32,438 bases of DNA, from contig JNEM01010895.1 of NCBI GenBank assembly GCA_000697335.1, forward strand, positions 1-32,438, written 5' to 3'. Source of the DNA: Conidiobolus incongruus B7586. Its lineage: Eukaryota. The notes under the pieces are model-generated. The model was given only the letters and a program-made list of their open reading frames with translations. It searched no databases and had not been told where the DNA came from. The position numbers and the translations under genes are program-made. This document shows, in pieces, positions 23,345-32,438 of this stretch (its first letter is position 1; every line of letters begins with the position of its first letter).

Positions 23345-24268
23345 ATGTCATCAATAATAGAAATGAAAAAACTCAAGTTAGTTACCCTTATAGTTAGCAT
23401 TTTATTTAATGTCATCAATTTAGCTTTCAATGGAACAAATACCTTTGTAGTTTTAAAATCAAACGATTGCTGGAGACATCCAGAAATTCTGTTGATTGTA
23501 ATGAGTTTGGTGACAAACTTAACGTTAAATGGATGTCAATTAGCTTTTAATATTATCAAGTTTAATTTTGCAAAATTTGATCATTTGCTTCTTCTGAAAG
23601 TTGAAAACTTTTTATTTAATTATTTATTAATGGTAAACTTTAATTTATTGTGTACTTTAATCTTTATCCGGCATTTGGCGTTCATTAAAGTAGAATTAAA
23701 ATTCAGGTATATAATATTGGTATGTAGCTTACTGAATTGTGTTGCTTTTTCAATAATATTGGGTATGGGTTGGAAATATGGACATCAGATGCAATTGGAA
23801 TCCACATCGTTTACTTTTAATTTATACTACAGTTGGAGTGTTGATCGCTATTTAAACATGTGTTTCCTACTTCCGTTCGTGATGAATACAATATATGTCA
23901 TCTTCATCCAAACGTTTTACATTAAACTAAACAAACTTATATTTAATATGTTTTTTAAGCCTAAGACAATTAGTACTTTCGTACTCACAATCTCACCGGA
24001 AGCTCAATTGAAGAAAAAGAAGTCCCGACGATATCTATTGGCTCAATGTATTTGGATTTCATTTGGACTTAGTATATATTGGGTTTCAGAATTAGTCTCA
24101 ATAATATTAATCACCCGAAATCCAACTGATATTAAATTAATTCATATTTGCTCAAGTATTAAGTGGATTGTCATTGGTTTTACCAATTTGTTCAATTCTA
24201 TTAATATTCTAATATTTCATCACCCTACGAAAAAGGATTTCCTTGAATTCTTTAAACGATCAAGTTAA
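23345..24268 (+). CDS. Divergent GPCR-like 7-TM protein (~307 aa, intronless)
   Basis: First ATG 23345 (23309 is TTG). About seven hydrophobic helices. TM3 ends in FIRHLAF (DRY-equivalent position), basic loop KKKKSRR precedes TM6, and TM7 FNSINILIFH is followed by a helix-8-like segment TKKDFLEFF. Family assignment is inference. Confidence 0.72.
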   Translation: MSSIIEMKKLKLVTLIVSILFNVINLAFNGTNTFVVLKSNDCWRHPEILLIVMSLVTNLTLNGCQLAFNIIKFNFAKFDHLLLLKVENFLFNYLLMVNFNLLCTLIFIRHLAFIKVELKFRYIILVCSLLNCVAFSIILGMGWKYGHQMQLESTSFTFNLYYSWSVDRYLNMCFLLPFVMNTIYVIFIQTFYIKLNKLIFNMFFKPKTISTFVLTISPEAQLKKKKSRRYLLAQCIWISFGLSIYWVSELVSIILITRNPTDIKLIHICSSIKWIVIGFTNLFNSINILIFHHPTKKDFLEFFKRSS

Positions 24269-24329
24269 TATTACTTATTATATTATCCTTTATTTTATTA
24301 CTTTAATAAACAGACATATTACTATTGGT

Positions 24330-27283
24330 TTAAATGATCGCACCGAGTTGACTTTCAACTTTTTCCAACAGCTCTTTACCCTTAACTTGGAAGTTTTCAA
24401 CAGATTTAGCGGTCTTCTGCCATAATTCTCCGTGTTTGGGGTCGGCCTGGAGACATTGCTCAATGACTTGGTTTACTTGTTCCTAAATAGAAATGTTTTA
24501 GTATACTATATTAAAATATATTGAAGTGATTAAAAACTACCTCTGTTCCTTGTTCCTTTTCAAATTTCAAATACCAAGCCCAAGTATCACCATGGTCAGG
24601 ATTCTGTTTGACAGATCTAGCAAACATATTTCTAGCCTTTTCAATCTTACGATCAGCCCAGAGATTACGTGCCATTACAGAGATAATAAGGGGATCGGCA
24701 TTACAGCTTTTAAGAGCATCGGCAATTTTACTCTTTCTCTGAGCTCTAGGCTCCATTAGGATGGCTTCAGCCCATAAAATATTGGAATTTGGACATTCTT
24801 GAAGAGCTAAATAAAAAAAATATTAGTCTATTATTGAATTTGTCATATATTAAAGTGATTTACCTTTAGCTAAAAGAGATTTAGCAATAACAGAATTGTT
24901 GAATTTCATTTCTAAGCGAATGGCAGCAAGCCATAATTGAGGTGTTTTCGGATTAATAAGACGACCTCTTTCTAATACGGATCTAGCTTTGATATGTAGA
25001 TCAACTGATTCTTCAAGTTGGGCTGCAAGGATCCATAGAGTAATAGACTTAGGACATAATTTGATTCCCTTATTGAAAGCCTCACGAGCTTCTGAGATTT
25101 GATTCAACTGTTGATGAATCTGACCTTTGATCATCCATAATTTATCAAACTTGGGGAATTTTTCATTTGCTTCTTCCAAGAGCTCCAAAGCCTTGTCGTG
25201 ATTACCCAACTGACGTTCCAATACAATTGATTTCATCCACACTTTTTCTGTGTCTGCTTTGCTTCTAGCGTTGGAAAGCAAAATTCTAGCACGCTCATAT
25301 TCCAAATTTTCAACTTCTAACTTAACTGCCGCAAGCCAAATTTGTTCACTATCGGGATTCACACGGAAAGCTCTTTCAAGAATTGACCCAGCACCTTGAA
25401 TATTGCCAGCAATCCACTCTTCCTTTGCCCACATAAGCCATAAAACTTCGTCGTGGGGACAGTGTTTAACTGCGCGATCAAGTAACTCTTCGAGCGATTT
25501 CCTAGTTCCATGATCCTTTTCAAAAAAGGCAGCTCTTTCCCAGATGGAACTATTATCAGGGTAGTTATTCAAACAGTAAGCATACATAGCACGAGCTGTT
25601 TCATAAGCTTTATGTGAGGTCGAGGTTTCAGCATCTTCGAGCCAAGTGTCAAGCTGATCGACGGGATCAACATTCATTGCTAATGTAGCACGGATGATAG
25701 CTTGGCAAGTTTCGACACATTCGTATTCAAGTTCACTTTCTTCAGCGAGTTTGATCCATTGATCTCGGTTCAATACAACACCATATTTTGACAAATCTGT
25801 GATAGATCGCTTGATGAGATAATCAACTTGTTCTGAATTGCCATTCTGCTCTTCGAGATGAGCTGCAGCAATCCAGATTTCATGACTGGTTGGAATAGCT
25901 TTCCGTGCTTTGTTAAGAACCTTTCTAGCTTGGTCATGAGGTTCGAGTTTAGCAAGTGCGAGCCATAAATCTACGGAAGAAGGAACTAATTCAACAGCTC
26001 GAGCAAGCAAGATTTTGGCTTCTGCATGGTTTTCCTCGAGATCAATTGCGGCTTTCCAAATTGTAACTGAAGTTGGAAGGTATTCTAATGCTTTTCTTAA
26101 AACTCTTTTCTTAGCTTGCGTCTCTGTTTCCAGTTTAGCTGCAGCAAGCCAAATTTTAACAGAGTCCTTAATATGACGAATTGAATTGGCTAAAATGATT
26201 TTGGCGTTTTCAGGAGTATTCAATCTTGCAGCTTCAAGCCAGACATCCTCACTATCGGGACAACGTTCGCAGCCTTCAGCAATAATATGCCTAGCTTTCA
26301 CAATTTTTCCTGCAACCTCTTCAAGGCGAGCTGCAGCAATCCAACCGGGAGCATATTTGGGATTGGACACAGTCACTGAGTTGAGCAAAGTCCTTGCTTT
26401 TTTAATATCACCTATTTCGGCGTCTGTCTTCAAGACAACGCTGCTCAGCTCCGTAAGATAACCTTTGGGATCAATGGTAGATTGACCACCTTTTGAGTCT
26501 GAAATCTGTCCCAATTTGAGATTGAAAACTTTGCTATTTGCTTGACCAATTTCGACAAAATTAGTTAAACCTCCAGAACCCACACTTCCAGCAGGAGTAA
26601 CAGTACCATTCAAAGAAATAGAATTGTCATAAGAATTTTCCATTCTAGCTTTTTCTAATAGAGAATCAGGTACAGGAGTAAATTTTTCTTTAATCTTATT
26701 CTTTTTTCTATTTTTGCCAACTAAGTCACCTACCTCGGGTAAGTTTGCCCATTCGTCTTCCGTGACTTGAGCTAAACCACGTTTTAAATCAGCAAATTGT
26801 TGTTGAATTTTGGGTCTTTCTTTCCTATATTTAATTAATTCTTCTTTTTCACGTTCCTCTCTTCTAACTTTTCTCCTTTCATCCATTTTTTGGTCAATAG
26901 ACTCGTAAATTTTATCGGCTTCATCGTCATCTTCATCGTATTGAATACCAGAAAATAATCCAACTTCGTTATCTGGATCTTGATATCTTTCGGAATCGTC
27001 TTCGTTACCTTTTTCAAATTCGTCACTAAAAAAATAAAATATTAAATTTTGGTGATAAAATTAATATTTAATTAAAAATTCTTACACTACATCGGTTTCA
27101 ATATCATCTCTAGCAGGTCCAATATCTGATCGGGTGGTAAAACCTGAAGCTCTAAATAGAAACAAAAAGTTAATTCAAACTAATTTCTTTAAATAAATTG
27201 TTGACTTACCCTCTTCCCAACCCTGCAACATATCCAGGTGGAGCAGGCTGTCCCATAAAGTCTTTATTACCATAAATTGACAT
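24330..27283 (-). CDS. PRP6: Pre-mRNA splicing factor Prp6 (U5 snRNP 102 kDa, HAT/TPR repeats), ~906 aa, 5 exons
   Basis: Exons 27283-27210, 27151-27086, 27025-24864, 24806-24541, 24482-24330 (2721 nt, in frame). N-terminal [27 protein letters not shown], then RPKIQQQFADLKRGL, TIDPKGYLT, GDIKKARTLL..V...NPKYAPGWIAAARLEE, many HAT repeats, and C-terminal DPKHGELW. Confidence 0.97.
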
Positions 27284-27431
27284 ATTGTATCCAAAGACTA
27301 TTTTTTATACTTGATTAATAATATAATGAATTTAACAGATAGTCAATAAAATTGTTTTAGTTTACTTATATTGATTATGTGAATTGAAATATTTAATTCA
27401 GCGATATTTATACTAATTTGGTTTGTATAGT

Positions 27432-27441
27432 TTATGGGATT
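27432..27441 (-). promoter_or_regulatory. Shared upstream motif AATCCCATAA (PRP6)
   Basis: TTATGGGATT on + strand, 148 nt upstream of ATG 27283. Confidence 0.6.
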
Positions 27442-30372
27442 TAATTTCCAAATCAGGATTTATTTTAATGATTTTTCTATTTTGAGTTAAAATTTCAAAT
27501 TTAAAAAAAAAAATATTGATGTTTCAATCAAAATTTTATTAAAAGTTTGAAATAAATAATAAATAGTAAGTAAATCTAATTAGTATATTTTAGAGAGTAA
27601 TATATGTAGTTAATACTATCAATTTTATATTTATATTTTGTTTTCTATAATTTATTAAAATTAATCTAATAAATTAAAAACATAATTCAAGGATCTAAAT
27701 TTCATGACAAAATTTTCATATTATTATTTAATATTCAAAATTGCTCAAATTTTATTATGTATTTTATTTAAAATCAAATTATTTTAATGTTAAGCATTAT
27801 ACCTAGTCGGAATTCAGCAAATATTTGATAAGTGGTATAATCCTTTTTCGATAAAATCTTCTCAAATGATTTCATCAATATAGAAGAATTTAATAATTAA
27901 ATCATATCTTCTCCTTTTGTTATAGAGACGTTATACTATATCTACTTATTGTATTTCAAAATAAAAATCATAATTATTTTATAAACTTTTTATTAGAATC
28001 AACTATATTTATCACGATCTTTGCTTATAGAATTACTGGATATAATATAGTTTACTCACGCTGTAATTGGACCGACCATGGTCACTAATCAAGAAAAAAC
28101 TATAATTAGTATATAAATATTTGAATGCATTACTAAGTTGTTCCAATATCTACAATAAAGTATTTTTTAATTAGTTAAACCGTGTTTTTTAAAAGGTAAT
28201 TTTATAGATTCAATTTCATATTTACTATATTATAAAATTCCATATATTTGATTATCTATAATATAAATATTGATGGTTTGCACAAATTAATTAAAATGAT
28301 ATTTTGATCAAAGTTACTAACTTATTATTCATGCAACAAAATTATAATTCTACATAATGTCTCAAGTATCAGTATTATATATTTTAAATCTATAAATATT
28401 CAAATTACATTATCTTTTTCCAAGTATTTATTATTTTTTATGTAATTATATATTTAATATTTTTATTCACACATAATAAAAGCGCTTTATTCTTATCATA
28501 TCCAATACCAGTTTTTCTACAACCGAATTTGATGAAGATTTTAATAAAAATTGATTACTAGTATGATATATTCAGAGCAAAATTGCAATTTGAGATTATT
28601 AAAAAATACTGAGGTATTTAATAAATCAAAATGATAGTTTTTATAAAGATTTGATAAAAATTGTAAAACTATATTGTTATAATTTGAAAAATTTACCTAG
28701 ATTTAAATGATTTCTTTAGATAATCTATAATTAATCAATATTATTGAATATCAACCTGAACTTAATCATTATAAAGATTAGGATTTATTGGAGTCAATAA
28801 AAACTATAATTTCAAATATTTGAATATATTATTTTGTTATTTGGTCTTAACTTCCTCACCTTAATAAACCGCCAGTCAAGCAAAATCAATTACAAATAGC
28901 CTTTATTATATATCCCGCCATAATTTATTTAACCAAATAGTCACTTTGATATAAGATGCTCAAAATATAAAGATATAATTTATCAATATATAACATTACT
29001 CAACGATATATTTACTCTAAAGTATCCATTCAATCAAAGTTTCTTATCAAAGTAATGATTATTATATTTTTGGATATTTTAGGGATTATTTAAAATAGTA
29101 TATTACCTCAAAATAAATTAGCTATATCTTATTAAAACACTAACTATATCAAATGATTTATAATATTTTTAAAGTGAGAAAAACAAAAGATGTTTAATTT
29201 CCAACTAATTTATTTCCATTATAATAATGCTTCAACTCATACAGCTAACGATTCTAAATATTTTGTCAAGTTGCTAGGTAGAAGTTATTAAAACACTTAG
29301 CTCACTTACCATATTTCCATATTCCAAATTATCGCTTATTTAAGAGATTAGTTAATTTCTTAAAATACAATAGCTTTATCGATCAAAGCCAAGTTACTAT
29401 TCTTTGGCAATTTATTAATTTTATATTGTTAAAATTTTATAATATAATTACTAGCTTAAAAGATTATTATGTAAAGGTTCTTTAGAACGGGACGAATATA
29501 TTGAATATTAATAACTATTTAAATTTTTTTCCATTTTATTATTAAATATCAAATTAGTGATTATCTTAATTTTTTGAACCATATTTCAAAAATTGTGTTA
29601 ATAATCAAAAATTATTTGTTAATTTAAAGGAAAACTTAATTAAATATAAGTGATCAGAATTTGGAAACAATTATACAAATTTAAAATCAATATTAATTAA
29701 CCCTATGATTTCTGAAGTTATATTCCCTAATGTCAATTAATTTTAAATAAATTATATATAATGATGTGAATATTTGATAAAAATAATTTATGATGAAATT
29801 ACCTTATTTATAATATACAAAAATCATAAATGTAATATGTAATCAAATATAACGTATTATAAACAAATAAAATCAATATATAATTAAAAACTTTTTAGGA
29901 ATTATTTAATATATTACTTCAAATTCATATCAATGATTATTCATCATAAACTAAAATTTGATTTGATTATTTGATCTTTAAATGGAAACTTAAATCATGA
30001 GATATTATCTAATTTCAAAATTAGCATAATTTGAACGATTTGGGAAAAGTTAATAAAAACACTGATATAATATGAGATATTTTTGATATAGAAATAAGAA
30101 CATTTAATAAAAATTATTACTATATTTGAAAATAAAATTCAAATAATTTTAATGAATTTCTACACAGATAATAATTGAAGAGATTTGATAGAAAATTGTA
30201 ATTTGAGCTTAATTATTTGCAATAATATTCATCACTCAAATACAATTTGACCCTTACTATTGATCTAATCAATTGCTTTATAAATACCATAATTAATCAC
30301 ACAGGATTAAATTATAAAATTTCCATTGTAGCATTTATTAATTTTAAATGTTCTCTTTATAATTTTAATTAG

Positions 30373-31318
30373 ATGAGAAATATTTCTGATGTCTATAACA
30401 TTCAACAAAGAAAAAATTATATTCAAAATTTTCAAAAAGCCAGAAGACAATTTTTGCCTAGTCCTAATAGTACTTCAGTCACTGCTAATGCTGATTTAAT
30501 TAATAATAATCAACTCTATCATCCTCAACCTGTATATTCAAATTCTATCTTTATTCCTTCGACGTTTTCAAATAACACAACAAATTCTCAAATCTCTCAA
30601 ACCCCTCACATTTCACATTTGAAATTACGACGCAGCAAAATTATCAAGTCATATCAGCAAAAATGCGTCGAAATCTTCAAGAAACTAAGGATGTCCATGC
30701 CAAACTAACTAAGATAGGCTCTGCCAAAATAGTTTCATCTAATAAAGATGCCACTAATACTTCCAATGTACCACATGCTCAACCTGGTAATATAATATAT
30801 TGGTTTTAATCATTATTTATTTTAATTCTTGTTTAGCTTCTTTACCTAGTTTTAATCTTCCAGTCAGGTAATTATTAACACCTTTCTTATTTTATTTTTC
30901 AATTTTTTAATTTTCGCACATATATAGATGATAATCAACTTCCAACAAATCAACTTGATAATTTGAGTATTAGTGGCAATTTTAACTTTTTAATTAGTAT
31001 CTCGAATTTAAACTAATTAAACTTTGTTCAGATTTAGAATCACTTGATGAAGAGTCGATTAAAAAAATGAAAATACTTTATACTAAAAAAGTTATTGAGA
31101 TGGGTGTCAAGTTTACTCATTTAAAAAACCTACATCTTTCAAGTTCATATTTTAATCAAACTCCTATTATCAAAATTTTACAAAAGGGTCATAGTGATTT
31201 CACAAAATCAAATTCTTCAAGCAATGGTCAATGTCAAAGAAAAATTTTGGTGAACAAGGTAATTCTCGTTCTTTTTATTTTTTATATTTACTAATATACC
31301 CTTATTATTTAGGCTTAA
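30373..31318 (+). other. Unresolved multi-exon orphan gene or pseudogene (N/Q/S-rich N-terminus)
   Basis: Coding-like blocks separated by typical short GT-AG introns (30787-30836, 30868-30927, 30967-31030, 31259-31312). Frames do not join without a frameshift or unusual intron near 30530-30730 and a phase conflict near 30867. No recognisable domain. Confidence 0.4.
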
Positions 31319-32438
31319 CGTTGGTATTTCTTGGTAAATTCTCAATCAACTCTATATGCTAAGCAATTCAATATTTTTGGCATTCATTTTCAGTATTATA
31401 TATGTATATCAACTATACTATTTAATTTTAGAGTAGTTATCATTTAAAATCTTTCATAAAAGTCAATTTCTAAACGGTGTAACATAATCAATTCTTCAAA
31501 ACTATTTAAAATGCAAAATTTTTTAAATAGTTGAAAATTACATTGATTCAACTCAATAGAATTGATATTAGAAGATTTTACAAGATGATTACAACTTTAT
31601 TTTTTATGTTTAATAGATACATTTTATATTTCATAATTTCAATTTATTGACATTTTGTCAAAGTCATTTTCATCAATATTTATATAAATAATCAACTTTT
31701 AATTCCCAATTTAAATATAAATTTTTCAAATATTCAAACAGAACCAATTTGAATTCGATTCAATTTTTAATTAAAATTTGATAAATATATTTAATTCTCA
31801 ATAATAATATTCAATAGCTAATATGATTTTTTGAGAGTATATATTTTAGCTTAATTAATTAACTAACTTTTAATTAAGGGTTAATTTTTCAATTTCCTTA
31901 TTTTGTAAACACCATTTATGTTCAAACTTTGATTTCTTAAATAATATAATAAATAGCAACATTTTAAAGGAATTATTTTACATTATATACGCATACGACA
32001 ATATTTATTGAAATTATCTAAGGAATATTAGCACATTTTATTAACCATCTTACTTCAAAGTTTTATTTTTTTATAACTCACTATTATTATTTAAATTAAC
32101 AGGATATTTCATTATTATTTTAACTAATTAAAATTTTGGATTATTATTTTTTTTATTATTCTTTATTCAAATAAAAATTCACTGACAAAAATTTATTAAA
32201 TAAATTTTATATTTTTAAAAATATTGCAAATTAAATTAATTTTTTTTAATTGATATATTTAAAAAAATTAATGATAATATATTAAATTTAATATTTGAAC
32301 TATTAAAATTAATTTTATATAATTATTTACTTGATATTTATAATATTATCTCAAAAAATTGCAAAATTCTTCTAATAACATTATTCAATTATCTTTTAAT
32401 AAATTTAAATAAAATATATATATTATATAACCTCCAAC

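Noticed and set aside
24243..27026. Small alternative-frame or antisense ORFs overlapping PRP6
   Set aside because: Explained as shadows of the conserved PRP6 coding sequence.
27700..30250. Patches of slightly higher complexity in the long intergenic region
   Set aside because: No sustained reading frame, splice pattern, terminal repeats or RNA structure that I could support.

Overview
Very AT-rich eukaryotic genomic DNA with short (~45-60 nt) GT-AG introns and the standard genetic code. Architecture and gene content point to an early-diverging fungus, possibly Entomophthoromycotina/Conidiobolus-like (inference). Manually spliced gene models, left to right: 8-exon coactosin-like ADF-H gene (+); decayed Vps1/dynamin pseudogene (+); tandem pair of intronless 245-aa 7TM paralogs (-); MPDU1 (-); 12-exon THADA/Trm732 (-); tRNA-Gly(GCC) (-) with a ~570-bp solo-LTR-like insert 19 bp upstream; DPM3 (-, missed by the ORF track); a GPCR-like 7TM gene (+) convergent with PRP6 (-); and a poorly resolved multi-exon orphan or pseudogene (+). 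Most notable observations: (1) a strand-oriented A(A/T)TCCCATAA motif 90-151 nt upstream of all five conserved housekeeping genes but not the 7TM genes; (2) a candidate tRNA-targeted LTR remnant carrying a small ORF; (3) the orphan 7TM pair with charged TM6/TM7 residues; (4) a sharp GC-rich island inside THADA exon 4. All protein identifications come from motif recognition, not database searches.
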